Assembly (NCBI GenBank): GCA_026025075.1
Contig: JAPEUI010000026.1
Coordinates: 62,001-126,000, forward strand
Direction of reading: 5' to 3'
Length of the DNA stretch: 64,000 bases
Source: Vezdaea acicularis
Taxonomy: Eukaryota
Shown here one piece after another: positions 11,201 to 23,647 of this stretch. The position numbers and the translations under genes are program-made. Under the pieces are notes generated by a model, which did not search any database, was not told where the DNA came from, and worked only from the letters and a program-made list of their open reading frames with translations. The first letter of the stretch is position 1, and each line of letters begins with the position of its first letter.

Positions 11201-13131
11201 AGTCGCGATTCCTAGGTTTGAGAGTGATGTTGGAGGCCCGATTTGCCTTCAATCCACCTTCGGTCTCGGTGCCAGCATCACTGCTCTCGCCTCCAAAGCT
11301 CTCCGCACCGGTTTGGAAAGCGTCTGTCTCTGTTTCTCTCTCATTTGCGGTTTCGAAGGCGTCGCTGGTTTCGGTGCCGGGACTCAGGGGAAATGCACCA
11401 ACGCCCCTGTCAGCACCGGTTGGGGTTCTAGAGCGTAAACCTGGGCTACGCTCTCCATTATGATCCTCCCAGTCTGCATCACTGAGTACCTCGCTTTTGC
11501 TATTCCTTCCAGCTCCTAGAAGGTTGGGCTTCATGGGTTTCTTAAACTGGTCTTTGTCAGTACTCTTCGTTTTTCGCTTGCTCGCGCTATTCGCAGCCCC
11601 CATTCCTGGGTCAGTTCTCCTAGATTCAACTTCATCCCGAGCTTCCTGCAACATGCGCTTGAGTTCGAGCTTCTCGGTTTTTTCGCGATGTATGTTACCC
11701 TTCAAGTTTTGAATCATACGATGCGCATGATGGAGAGAACTCTTAAGCGTCTCTGACTCTAGCATGGTGTGACGAGGAGTACCTTTGGTAGGTGAAGGCG
11801 GAGGTGAGCTCTCAGGCGTAGAATGATCGCCCGTGATATCGAGATTATCATCCTCCAAATCTCTGCTTGCCCCGGCGTCATCGTGCTTCATTCGCCCGGA
11901 GGCCACAGCCCGCGCAAGTTCCTGATTCTGTGAGTTTAGCTCTTCAACTCTACGTCGTAAAGTTCCTTTCTCAGCCTCTCCGGTCGTCAAGTTCCTTCTC
12001 ACACTAGCCAGCTCAGTGTCATGGTGCTTTTTGACAGCGACGTGGTCTTCACTGAGCTTTCCGTAGGCCTGTTTCAGCTCATCGAGCTCCTTTTGAGTCA
12101 TACTTTTTTCTTTCAGGACAGTGTTTAGGTTCTGAGCCAGCCTATGTTCCCTGTCTGCGGCTTCTTTCGCGGAAGCCATGAGATCACGGGTCTGTGTTTC
12201 TAGGTTCCAATTCTCATCCTTGTACCGGTGTTCGCTTTCGTCCATAGATCGAAGCCGATTATGAAGACCTTCGAAATCGGACTCAAGCTTTGCCTTTTCA
12301 GCGTTTGTCGATTTGAGGACTTCATCCCTTGCAGCTAATTCCCCTTGAAGCTGCCGAACTTGCTCGAGCAGGGCCGTACTAATCTGAGCCGCGAACTCAA
12401 TGTCCTGGACGCGGCTCGCTGGCTGATTACGTTGACTCCGAGATGGTGGTACGTTTAGCTTTGATGGTGAGTTAGTCGCTTGGCTCGAGAACACGGCTGG
12501 ACTGGCCGAATGCTATCGCTCGAAGTTAGCAAATACCCAGGACGTGACCTATGATTCACCTGATTTGACGTACCCTTTCTGATTTAAAAGGCGAGTTTGG
12601 GCCGCCTTCAGCGCTGCTGACTCTAGATTTCGGCCCCAAAAATGCCCTAGCACTTTCTCTGCCCACTTCATTATATTCCTTCTCGATGTCTGCTAACTTT
12701 CGTCGAAGCTCTGGACCAATTTCGTTATCATTTTGTTTCCCCTCAATGTCCCTAAGCCTCTCCGTAAGATTCCGCCTCTGGTCAACAAGGGTGGTTCCCA
12801 ATTTAGATGCCTCTTGGATGCGTCGATCTGTCTCTGCGAGATGAGCTTGAAGAGCGCGTTTCGCTTGAGACGGTGACATTGACGCGGCAAAGGTTTGAGA
12901 ATCAATCTGCGAGAATCGATGAGGGCGTTGATCGGGTGTTTGCAGAAACGGATCCTGCCCAGTCTCCGTTGAAGTATCTCCATTTTTGTATTCTCCTTCG
13001 GTCTTCGCGGAACCTGTATAGTTGCCATTGGTAGTGGAGCCGGAATGTGTGTCTTTAGATACCGATGGTAGATGTTCAGGGACTCCTTGAATCGGAAGGG
13101 TTGTCTCACTGGAATCCCTCACAGAGGCCAT
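8219..13131 (-). CDS. apsA: Nuclear migration cortical dynein anchor ApsA/Num1/Mcp5 (N-terminal coiled coil, C-terminal PH domain)
   Basis: Motifs AHLAETDRRIQEASKLG, RVQDIEFAAQIST and LKSSLHHAHRMIQNLK. PH domain IQAITQTMIGEFMWKYTRK..RHRRFFWVHPYTRTLYWS..WFNALSYL. C-terminal ENVRACCDG|KHDV. Introns 12513-12573 and 8356-8431. Confidence 0.92.
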
Positions 13132-14155
13132 TGTGGTGCGTAAGTGACTACTTAACGTGTTCCAAGCTCGATTGCGATGGCTGTCCCCGCAGTCTCAATG
13201 TTTGTTGGTCGAAATGCTATCGCTTGGAAGGACGCGCGACATCAGGAGGTCCGAAACGGTCTTAGTAAAATTCTCCGACGCGCCCGATCAGAGAGAGAGG
13301 GTAGCTGGACTTATACGATCTTAGACAAATATAGGATAAAGAGCGTAGACTTCGTAACAATTGAATAGCAGCAGGTCGGCGCTGGATTGTTTGCGTGCCA
13401 GCTAGACGGAGTGTCTAGCGATCCGTGAATTGTTGATAATCTTGGCTTAGCTGCGACGACGCGCTCTGGGCGCCAACCGGAGCTTGCGGGGTGTGTCCTC
13501 GGTAAGGGTTTGACGATTTAAAAGGCAAGGGAGATATTTGGGAGGGGACAAGATGAAGCTATTCACGGGTCGAACTTGATGTAGAGGGTGATGCGGCAAA
13601 AGGGATGACGGGATTTCAAGGTGTAGGACAGACGTCCGCCTGCAGAGCCTGCGTGAAGGCTTTTCCTGGCTGAACGATCCTTTGCGGTGGGACACGACTA
13701 CGATAATGCAGGCAAGGGCACATCAACGACTTGAGACGAAATCTGCGCCTGAGAAGGCGCGCTAGCTGCAACGGGTGATCCTTTAGACTCTGCACAGCGG
13801 CCGATCAGGTAGATCATTCCCAATATGCACAGAAGTGAATTCAGGAGTTGCGCAATTAGAGTGACGCTTCTCTACATCGACTTTGATATACGGCTGCACG
13901 TGTTGGAAGTCCGTCAGAAGTGAAGAACATTCTGTGGCGTTCCGCCTTCTGTTTCGGGTGCGTCCAAGGATTACTCAGCCTAAACGCGAAAATACCAGCC
14001 GAGCTGCGAGTCATAACCCTATGGCTCCACTACCTGAATGCCAAACACAATGCTCCTCGATATCAACTCCAACAGGCTTGTGCTAGTAATAGGATATATC
14101 AATCCCGCGCGCCATGTAAACAGCTAATATTATCGAAGTAGCTATAGCGTGAGGT

Positions 14156-15157
14156 ATGGACGAGCCAGTTGCGATATTCAAGAAACGCTCCAATAAGTCG
14201 GCGATCCGCAAACGCCCCGCAACCCCTCCGCCTGTCGACTCCGATAGCTCACAATACAGCTCCTCTGACGATGAGAACGGGAAGCGTATCAAGCGGCGAC
14301 GGAAGAATGTTGGCTACGTCTCTTCCATAAACGTCACCGGCAGCAAAACCTCCACCGAAGTCCTCGAAGGCCCCAAATATGCCGCCGACCGCTCCGCCGT
14401 GATCGAGTCTAGCAACGATGCCACGAAGCAGTCGAACTGGTACGATGAGTCTAAGACTAACAGTCTCGATAGTAAGAGCCTTCTAGGTACGACGCGCGCC
14501 CGTCCTACCGCGCCCGTGCCTGAGGGTGCCAATGGGACGTACAAAGGGACTGCCGCCTACCAAAGCTTCATCACTAAGAACTCTGACGCCCCGAGTAAGA
14601 CTATCGGCCCTGTCAAGGCCCCCACGAACATTCGCACCATCACAGTAACGGACTTTGCGCCCGACGTGTGCAAAGACTACAAACAAACGGGCTTCTGCGG
14701 CTTCGGAGACAGCTGTAAATTCTTGCACGCGCGGGAAGACTATAAGCAAGGATGGGAGCTGGACCGTGACTGGGAGGTTGGGACGAAAGGAAAGAAGCTT
14801 CGCGGCACGACGGTCGCGTCCGCAGCGAACCGCGAGAAGGATGATGAGGAAGAGGACGACGATGCACTGCTAGAGAACATCCCGTTTGCGTGCATCATTT
14901 GTAAGCGACCGTATACGAATCCGGTGATTACCAAGTGTGGGCATTATTTCTGTGAGAGTTGTGCCCTGGGGCGCTACAGAAAGAATCCAAGTTGTGCGGC
15001 ATGTGGGGCAGGGACGGGAGGAGTGTTCAATGGGGCGAAGGGCTTGAAGAAGCTATTGGAGAGGAAGAGGGAGAGGGCGCAGAAGAGGCGCGAGAAGGCT
15101 AGGGAGGCGGGTGAGGAGATAAGTAGTGAGGATGATGTGGAAGATAACGAGGAGTGA
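14156..15157 (+). CDS. CWC24: Pre-mRNA splicing factor Cwc24 (RNF113; CCCH zinc finger plus RING)
   Basis: DFAPDVCKDYKQTGFCGFGDSCKFLHAREDYKQGW and PFACIICKRPY..TKCGHYFCESCA..CAAC. Intronless ORF. Confidence 0.96.
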   Translation: MDEPVAIFKKRSNKSAIRKRPATPPPVDSDSSQYSSSDDENGKRIKRRRKNVGYVSSINVTGSKTSTEVLEGPKYAADRSAVIESSNDATKQSNWYDESKTNSLDSKSLLGTTRARPTAPVPEGANGTYKGTAAYQSFITKNSDAPSKTIGPVKAPTNIRTITVTDFAPDVCKDYKQTGFCGFGDSCKFLHAREDYKQGWELDRDWEVGTKGKKLRGTTVASAANREKDDEEEDDDALLENIPFACIICKRPYTNPVITKCGHYFCESCALGRYRKNPSCAACGAGTGGVFNGAKGLKKLLERKRERAQKRREKAREAGEEISSEDDVEDNEE

Positions 15158-15260
15158 GTCGGGGTTTGATGTAGCGCGTCCCAAAAAACCAAAAGACCGA
15201 TAGGTCGGAAATGTATATATGCATAATACTGCGTACCACTGCGCCTCCGCTCCTTCCTCC

Positions 15261-17063
15261 CTATGCAGCGGCTTTCTCAGGTCTGCGCCACGCGAATAAG
15301 TCACCGGCCTCCCTACTCCAAGGCCCTAAATCATTATCATCTTCTTCAAGGACCCCATTCAGAGAGCCAGTGCTCTCCCTCGGAATAACTGGCACGAGCG
15401 GATTGGCTGATTTGGGCGAGTACCTGCGCCGCAGTCGCTGAGCTTGCTGCCGTGCCGGTAAAATTTGTGATTTCGGCAATAGCGGGTGCTTTGGTGTGAG
15501 TGACTTCAGGGGTAGCCCTTCCTTTGGAGGGAGGGGCAGGTTCGATGTATTACGGTGCTTGTATTGTGGTAAAGGGGCTACTAGCGGTTGTATCACAGAC
15601 TCTCTACCACCACGAGGTGAAGCCGAGACATGGGATATTGCAGGTCCTTCCTTGCCTAGGCTTCGCTTCTGAATTGTATGCTGCTTAGCTATTGGAGCTT
15701 GGCAGTTGGTGACTGAGTTACATGTAGCTTTCGTGATGGGCTCTCCCCAAGGAGGTGATTTTGAGACGGAGGGTGGTGAGGAGAGGATGAAAAAGGGGCT
15801 GCTTTGAGGAGGAGGAGGCGCCGCTTCATGAGAGAAGTGAAGGACTTGCGCTACGGGCGGAGGAAGCGCTTTCGGAGAGGTCACGGTTATCCTTTCGATT
15901 GGAGGATTGGACTGATTTGCGTGTCGCTGTGGGGTGTTGACAGCAGGAATATTACCAGTCGTGTTTTGGAGGTGATGGGGGAATGCTTGGCACAAGAGTT
16001 TGGGTCGTGGCCGTCGCGATTGTAATCGAATTGGGTTCGTTGGAGGATCCTGCCCTTTTCTTTGACTCGGAGCTGCATTGTTGCCAATTGTCTTCTGGTT
16101 GCGCGCAGCTATGGTTGACATTTCAGAGGCTTTGGCTCTTTGTCGCGTTCTGGGGAATCTCTGTACCGCAGTAACACTGAGGGAGGCAACTCTGACACCA
16201 GGATCGATCCCAATAACATTTTTTGCAGTCTGATGTGTTGTTTCAAGCGCCACAATATCCCGGGGATGGTTGTTCTCGATATCTTGCCCGTCTGTTCCCC
16301 AACTGGCAGCTTTAGGGGCCGCTGAAGAAACATGCATCTCTGCAGATGGTGTTGCACAAACTTCACCCATTGCCTTCTCTTTCGGCTGCTCATGATTGAT
16401 CTTTCGGCGCTTATTCGTTGACGTACATCCTTCTCGGATATTGGCATTGCGGCTTACAATTTGACAGACCTCAAATGGTGAGACCTGTGGGACAAGTGCT
16501 CTTCCCTGGCGTTTTCTTGAAATGCCTAGTACTTGGCTGAGCGATCGCGACTTAAGCTGAGCAGATAGGTATGGAAGTTGCCTATGACCTTCCGGGTGCT
16601 GGAACATGGGGGCTGTTCCATCCGCTGTTGATGTTTCCACGCGGTCTAATTTTTGTTGGGTCGGCGTCGACTCAACGAGTCCATCCAAGGCTTTGGCATG
16701 CCTTCCTGGTGAGCCGGCCTTCCTGTTACCTCTGACCTGTTTAAGCAACTCATCCCGGTTTTGTTTAATCCTAGATATCTCTTCGCCCATATCTACTAAT
16801 ATGCCCCCGTCTACTTGCAGCACAGCTCCCTCAACAAGAACGTTTGAGTCTCGATAGTGGTGGTCTGCAATATAATTCCATTGCACGTCGTAAATCATGA
16901 TGCGCTTGTTGAAGGTATGGAAGCGGAGAAAGCCATCCCGCCATCGCTTTTGCTTTCGTCGTAGGTCGTGCGTGTAGAGACATCGAAACTCGATTATAGG
17001 TGCAGTATTTTGCGTGGAAGGGAGAGCAAAAGACGTTGATGAGGGCGTTGCTCGCGACGTCAT
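15261..17063 (-). CDS. DUF2439 (ZGRF1/Mte1 N-terminal-like) domain protein with long disordered region
   Basis: EFRCLYTHDLRRKQKRWRDGFLRFHTFNKRIMIYD matches the DUF2439 N-terminus. C-terminal GPWSREAGDLFAW motif. Confidence 0.85.
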   Translation of the reverse strand: MTSRATPSSTSFALPSTQNTAPIIEFRCLYTHDLRRKQKRWRDGFLRFHTFNKRIMIYDVQWNYIADHHYRDSNVLVEGAVLQVDGGILVDMGEEISRIKQNRDELLKQVRGNRKAGSPGRHAKALDGLVESTPTQQKLDRVETSTADGTAPMFQHPEGHRQLPYLSAQLKSRSLSQVLGISRKRQGRALVPQVSPFEVCQIVSRNANIREGCTSTNKRRKINHEQPKEKAMGEVCATPSAEMHVSSAAPKAASWGTDGQDIENNHPRDIVALETTHQTAKNVIGIDPGVRVASLSVTAVQRFPRTRQRAKASEMSTIAARNQKTIGNNAAPSQRKGQDPPTNPIRLQSRRPRPKLLCQAFPHHLQNTTGNIPAVNTPQRHANQSNPPIERITVTSPKALPPPVAQVLHFSHEAAPPPPQSSPFFILSSPPSVSKSPPWGEPITKATCNSVTNCQAPIAKQHTIQKRSLGKEGPAISHVSASPRGGRESVIQPLVAPLPQYKHRNTSNLPLPPKEGLPLKSLTPKHPLLPKSQILPARQQAQRLRRRYSPKSANPLVPVIPRESTGSLNGVLEEDDNDLGPWSREAGDLFAWRRPEKAAA

Positions 17064-17749
17064 TTCAAACTTCCTGGAAGGTGGTGATTGACTTCAAATT
17101 CATCCCTTGAAACTGCTGGCGACTAAGTCCATTTGTCATATTGTTGTCAACTAAATGTCTCCAAGGTGATTCTGCGGTTCTTGCATGGCTTCCCCGCGTG
17201 CTTGGTTGACGCGATCGTTCAAATGGAGAACACGCGATTAACACCAGATCAGCTGATTTGTATCTTCCACCAGTAACTAGTCTTGCGTGTCAGTGTGACC
17301 ATTGATCGCAATGTTACTGTTCAAGACTCTCTGGTTGTATTTTCGTCTTAGTAAGTATGCGATTGGACAATCAGATGAGTGCAAAAGGTGCATGACCAAA
17401 TTTCTTGATTGGTCCCTATCCATAACTATACCAAATTCCATGGACGCCGTTTCAGCGGCTTTTCCCTGCATCAACTCAGCCCACCTAAGCGGACACTGCT
17501 CCCCACCAATAACTCGAGCGAATGGCAACGCTGGATCGATGGACTTCCTACGCCGCATACAGCCAACTGTCAGCTTGCGTGTTCAGTTGCTAGTTCATGC
17601 ATACCTTTTCGACATGCTCTGAGGATTGATTGAGACCAACTGTGCTCCCAAGTCAGAGAAACATCTGCGTTAAGCCAACGCGGCTAGCTCACGCCGAAGC
17701 TCTTCTATTCAATTGGCCTCGTGGTTTATGACTGCTCATAGCTCCGAAC

Positions 17750-19503
17750 ATGTTGAAGGTCCACCGTCGTGTGGGAAAGCTCCTCCCTCGAACAGCAGAC
17801 GAGGCTCAAGTATCTGTGCTCCTAAAGGACTACGAAGATGCGGACAAAATGTTGGCCAAGGTTCGGACCCCCTCAGCACCCCGACCATCAGCATGGCTAA
17901 TTTCGTACTCTGGTATAGATCATTGAAGGTGCTAAGGCTTGGCGGGACGCATGGGTCTCGATTTTAGGCACTCAAGCTAGACTCGTCGACGAATTCAAGG
18001 CTATATATAATCCCATAGTGGGAGCGAGCGAGGGATACTCAGCGCACGATCCTGCTGAGACGCCGCAGGATACGATAGAACGCACAGAGAAGCTATCCAT
18101 AGCTTTCGAGGAGTTAAAGACGGATCTCTTGGAGGAGGTCAGCAATGTGGACTCAAAGTTAATAAGACCCGCAACCGATGCAAAGGTACGAGCCCACCCT
18201 AACGTTGACAAGGGTTCGAATGCGTTTTCAAGACGACACTCTGAGCGTACTTGACCTTGCCTGCCTTTATAATAGATTATCATACGCTCCTCTACAAGCC
18301 ATTGATGTTAATGCAGTCTCTAGGAGTACATTCAGTCGATGAAAAAAGTTATCAAGAAACGTGAAGGCAAGAAGGTACGCTGCGCATTTGTAAATCCTTG
18401 TGGATTTAGCTGACAAAAACCAGTTGGACTTTGAGCGATATCAAAAGCGTGTGGACTCTGGCAGGAAGAAGATGACACGGTCTGACAAAGAGAATGCCGC
18501 ACTGGCGAAGGCCGAAACGGACCTTACCCGGTGCAAGGAGGTACGTTAACAATATAAAAGCGTATGGAGCTCGAGCAACAGTTATTTATGTTGATTGACC
18601 TTGTAGGAATATGAAGAGGCAGACGACCACCTCAAATCCACCTTACCTGGAATCATAACGGCGGTGTTCTCAATCCTCCCACCTCTTCTTGAAACACAAA
18701 TTATTATCCAAAACACTCTGCTTGCGCAATACTACACTACTGTTGTGGGTTATTGTGAAGATTCATATTTCCCATCGCCACCACCTCCTATGCAAGAGAT
18801 CATCGACGTCTGGGACCAGCAACTCTCTCCTATACGCCAACAAGTAGAAACAGACCTAGCCATGATCTCGACTGGCAAAGCTGTACGGAAACCAATGAAG
18901 CAAGAGGACCTGAACAGGGGACATACAATGACTGGGTTAAATATTCGAAATGGAATTCGTGACCGCAAGACTAGTGGCCATAAGCCGCCTCCACCAAGAC
19001 CGGCAATCACTGCTGCTGCGCACCACAGCGAGTCTCGACTCGCGATAACAGCAGCCCCGCATAGGAAGGACGAAAGAAGGCCTAGTAAAGCGCGGACTCC
19101 TTCACCTGCAGACTCTACTGCCCTCATCACAACCTCTACCTACTCGGAACCTGTGAGTCCATCCTCAGGCTATCTAAGTCCTGGATCTGGGGCATTCTCC
19201 CCGGCTGCTCCTCGAACAGATTACTTTGCGAGGGATCGACAGCCTTCATCATCCTCGATTTCATCTGTAATCGCTGCGAAGAAGAAGCCGCCGCCTCCAC
19301 CTCCTTCCAAAAAGCCTGGACTAGGTGCACAGTACGTGACAGCATTGTATAGCTTTGATGGGCAAGGTGAAGGTGATCTTGCTTTCAATGAGGGAGATAA
19401 GATCATGGTCGTAAAAAAAACCGATAGCCAGCAAGACTGGTGGGAAGGAGAGCTAAGGGGCCACCGAGGCGCATTCCCCGCAAATTATTGTAGAGCCTCT
19501 TGA
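17750..19503 (+). CDS. BAR-domain plus proline-rich plus C-terminal SH3 protein (amphiphysin/endophilin-like)
   Basis: Reconstructed start MLKVHRRVGKLLPRTADEAQVSVLLKDYEDADKML. BAR helices IKKREGKK|LDFERYQKRVD. SH3 YVTALYSFDGQGEGDLAFNEGDKI..WWEGEL..GAFPANY. Four introns, e.g. 18186-18323. Confidence 0.88.
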
Positions 19504-19954
19504 ATTCTCTCCGCGATCAGGTATGGAATAATGTGATGCATCTTAAGGGTTGTTGAGACGGCATTAGCGATGGGGATTTCATCGTACTACTGGCGGTATT
19601 GGATGGATTTGCTTTCTTGATAATTGGCTAGGACGCTCTAATGGCTCGTAAATACGTCCGGAGTACCACACTCCAAATCGAAGACTACAGAACATCCAGA
19701 AATGCTTTTCGGAAAATGAAAATACTTTTACAAAAATTGTGCCTGAAGTACAGCGATGAGAGGCTGAATTAGTTACACCCCACTAACACTAGAGAAATTT
19801 CCCGATAAAGTGACCGTGTTTTGAATGCGTCATTCCACGAAGATGGAGGGGCGCAACTAAAGGGCTAAATTAAGGCGCAAAGTACTGAAAGTGACATATC
19901 ATCAAACCTTAGAAGTCAGTAGACACCCACGAGTTCCCCAGGAATACCACTTCA

Positions 19955-22021
19955 ATGGCGCAGGCGCAAGATCTTCTCAAGACTAAATTATATGGCGAGT
20001 TGCGAACGTTTGTGCAGTTCAAACTTCAGCAACTAATAGTGATCGCCTAGTTTTCGACTTGCCAGCCGAAATACTTGCAACCCTTCAAAGCAAAAGCTCT
20101 ACCAGTGCAGACTCAGAAGGGACTACAAATACAGAACTCCTAGAAGTCGAAGATGCCGCTAAGACTCTGCTTACTGGACATGTTCATCAATCGACCTCTT
20201 GTGGCCTATGTGCCCTATCTTTCAGCAATGTCCAGGGGCAGAGAGGCCACGTCAAGTCAGACCTTCACAGATTCAACCTGAAGCAGAAGTTACGTGGCTT
20301 GGAGCCAGTAGGAGAGACAGAATTTGAGAAGCTGGTCGGAGGTACGTCGCCAGGTACTTCATTTCTAGAGTCATCAACTTACTCTTGGAGATCTTGACGA
20401 GAGCTTATCTGGGTCTGACTCCTCGGATTCGGACGGCGGAGAGAACGAAGAAAGTGTAGCTGAAAAGGAAGATGATGGTACTCTGATGGCTCTCCTTAAG
20501 AGACAAGCCAACATAGCTGCTCCATCTGGAGAGATGGCCCCCAAGAACCGAAGACGAGGTTCTGGACGCCCCCCTTTGCTATGGTTCACATCACCGAGAC
20601 TGCCTCCAGGTGCCTCTTTGGGAATATACCGGGCAATATTGACGAACGATCAACAAAGAGAGGAGTCGCAGATTGTACAGATCATTCGGGAGAGGCAGCT
20701 CTCCCCAAAGCCAGCCCCAAAGCTGGGGTCAGATACTTCGAACGGAGTACCCCTCCCAGCTGGACCGGGACCACATATCTTTTTATGCATGATTGGAGGT
20801 GGTCACTTTGCTGGCATGATTGTTGCGCTCGCTCCTAAGATGGGGAAGAATGCGACCGGAGTTGGCCAACGAGAAGCTACTGTACTCGCTCACAAGACCT
20901 TTCACCGCTACACCACTCGTCGCAAACAAGGCGGGGCGCAATCTTCAAATGATGCTGCCAAAGGTGCAGCCCACTCAGCTGGATCTTCTCTTAGGCGGTA
21001 CAACGAAGGCGCTTTGACAAATGAAGTGCGAGACATACTTGGGCAATGGAAGCCCCTAATCAGCTCATCTGAACTTCTCTTTGTGCGGGCCACGGGGAAT
21101 ACGAATCGTCGGACTCTATATGGCCCATATGACGGCCAGGTATTGCTACAAGATGATCCTCGCATTCGTGGCTTTCCGTTCACCACCCGCCGAGCCACGC
21201 AAGCTGAATTAATGCGTGCCTTCGTCGAGTTAACCCGCGTGAAAGTCTCGCAAGTTGACGAGGCTGCTCTTGCTGCAACAGCAGCTGCTCAAGAATTATC
21301 AGCCTCGCCAGCTAAATCTATCTCCAAACCCTCAGCGCCAAAAAGAAGTGAGGAGGAAGAAACTACCATCCTCCACACTAGCCAGTTACAAGCCATGATC
21401 CGTCGTTCCAAAGCCCCAGCCCTCCTGAACTATTTGATGATGAACAACCTTTCTCCAAATTTCGTCTTCTACCCGCCTCAATCAAAGCAGAATCACCATA
21501 CACCGACTCCGCTTCACCTTGCAGCATCCCTCAATTCTCCAGTCATAGTGTTTGCACTTATCACAAAAGCTGGTGCAAACCCTGCAATCCTCAACCCAGA
21601 AGGAAAAGCGGCATTCGAGCTCGCAGGTGACCGCCCAACACGAGACGCCTTCCGAGTGGCCCGTTGGACGCTAGGGGAACAGAGATTCGACTGGGTTCAA
21701 GCCAAAGTGCTATCTTCCCTATCAAAAGATGAAGCAGATAAAAGGGATCAGCGAGAAAAAGAGGAAGATACATCCCGCGAAACGGAGAGGCGAAGAGTCG
21801 AAACAGAGAGGCTACGAGCGGAAGATGCCAAGAAAGTAAATGATTCAAAGATGGAAAGGAGAGGGGGAGCAACATTAGGTGGAGGTGGCGAGAAAACTGG
21901 TGCAGAGAAAAGGGAGGAAGAAGCAAGGGGTCTAACCCCTGAGATGAGGCAGAAACTTGAGCGAGAAAGAAGGGCTAGGGCTGCCGAAGAACGAATAAGG
22001 AGGCTGCAAGGCGGCAGGTGA
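19955..22021 (+). CDS. VMS1: Vms1/ANKZF1 (C2H2-like zinc finger, vLRF1 domain, ankyrin repeat, VIM)
   Basis: LY|VFDLP start, CGLC..HVKSDLHRFNLKQKL, MIGGGHFAG, HKTFHRYTTRRKQGGAQS, HSAGSSLRRYNE, TPLHLAA, C-terminal ERRARAAEERIRR. Introns 19995-20050 and 20342-20390. Confidence 0.94.
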
Positions 22022-22237
22022 TGCAGATAACTCTTGAAGGCCCCGCTTGCGAGGCCATAAGCCAATATTAGACATAACCCTAAAGCTTTGCTATAAGGGC
22101 CACAAGTCCAAAGGATTCATTGCAAGAGGATTAATAGATTCCTGACCCTATGCCCATCGCTGTTCGACAGATCCTTACTATATAAAAATTGCATTGCGCA
22201 AACACCCAATCATGCCAGTCCCAAACTCCAAGCCCGA

Positions 22238-23409
22238 TTATAACTCAATTTCTGCGCCATCCATACCTTGAGAACCGACTCCATCCCACCGCTGTAGATC
22301 TAAGCCGCAAACGCCCCTCCTCTCCTCCCTATAATTTTCCCATAATTTATCCCAAATAGTACCTGCCATTCCCGGTGGACGTACCCTACCCATCTCCCTA
22401 CCTGAAATATCGAAACGAGGTTCTAGGCCGTCTGCATCATCGAAAACTACGTAGGCCGCTGCGGATAGGTCTGCATCGTTCGTGAGGGCGGAAGTACGAA
22501 GAACGAGGTCTTGTAGAGGGAAAGGTAAGGTGTGGTTGGGGAAGGTTTTGTGGAGTAGAGCGGTCTGCTCTGAATGTGACGGAAAGTGACCAACTGTGGA
22601 ATAAAGGGATACTAGGCGTGTATACTGTGCTGGCGATGGTTTGGCCAGAATAAGGGAAGGAAGTGTTTGATAAGTGGACGCCTCCTCATACGCCACCAGT
22701 TGGTCCAGCAATTCTGGATCTAATAGTAACGTTGGTGCTCCTAGCCTTAGGACTTGCTTATAAGGTATTGAGAGCAGTTGTGGCATCGCGTAACTCCTTG
22801 GATCGGTGACTACGACTCATTTCATCAGTGCCAAGTCTAAGCCGGGCTACGTCATGAAGCGGAAGGGGACCCACCATCTATACCCTCAAACAGTGGGTCC
22901 ATAGGCATGAGCTGCACGCCGTATCGTAATCTTGCCTGATCTAACAGTCTCCTCGCCGTGCTCAACGTCGTATCGACCATCGTCCTTTCTCCTGTTCTCC
23001 TCTTATCCCAAGTTCTGGGATACAACAGCACCCTCTGAGCTTGATGATTATGCCTCTCGAGCACAGCAAAGTGCATTACTGCCTCACAAACGAGCGACGG
23101 TTCACTAACAAGCTGCGCAAATGCGACAGTTGACCAGTCGACATCTGCTGTTGTGGTTGCGAGGAGGAGTTGCGTTGGTGCTGGAGCCGATGAAGATGTA
23201 GTTGGAGGAGATTTGGGAGGCAGCGGCTTGATGATGGACTGCAGATTGCGTACGGTTTGTTGTTGGAGGATGTAGCCAGAAAGAAAGAGCGCGGAGGTGA
23301 ATACAAAAACTGTGTACGGTATTAGTATTGTTGCTGTATGGAGGCGGAGGGTAAGCTTACCGATGAAAGAGGATATCCCCATCGAGATAGAGCTGCTTGT
23401 GAGCAGCAT
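22238..23409 (-). CDS. Type II membrane glycosyltransferase family 8 (GNT1-like) protein, divergent
   Basis: N-terminal TM segment (VFVFTSALFLSGY). DWSTVAFAQLV..VCEAVMHFAVL..AQRVLLYPRTW..RLLDQARLRYGVQL resembles the GNT1-like N-terminal GT8 block. Introns 23310-23360 and 22810-22874. Confidence 0.7.
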
Positions 23410-23647
23410 TGTGAAATGTTTCTCCCTATGGCTTTGATCAATGCATCACGATTCTGTTAATGACGTGCGGAATTAATTCGCTATCGTGGAAACCCGACTA
23501 TTGACAATAACGGGATATGCCGGTTGTCACGACAGCCAAGGCGGTGTGGCGCATAATTGCGGCAGAAAAGTCCAAGGACTTTCGGAATCTGCTCTGCCTC
23601 TCCGCGTTGCCAAGCTTATCCCTTCACCTCTTATCTGACAATCTTAG

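Noticed and set aside
8633..11712. Many 60-150 aa ORFs overlapping apsA (and similar ones over BEACH, EMC1, TBCD and mccA)
   Set aside because: Antisense or alternate-frame shadows of long coding sequences with no independent coding signal.
18186..18323. 138-nt intron with GGTTCGAAT, considered as a tRNA, snoRNA or nested-intron host
   Set aside because: No cloverleaf, no C/D box pair with a terminal stem, and no convincing internal intron.
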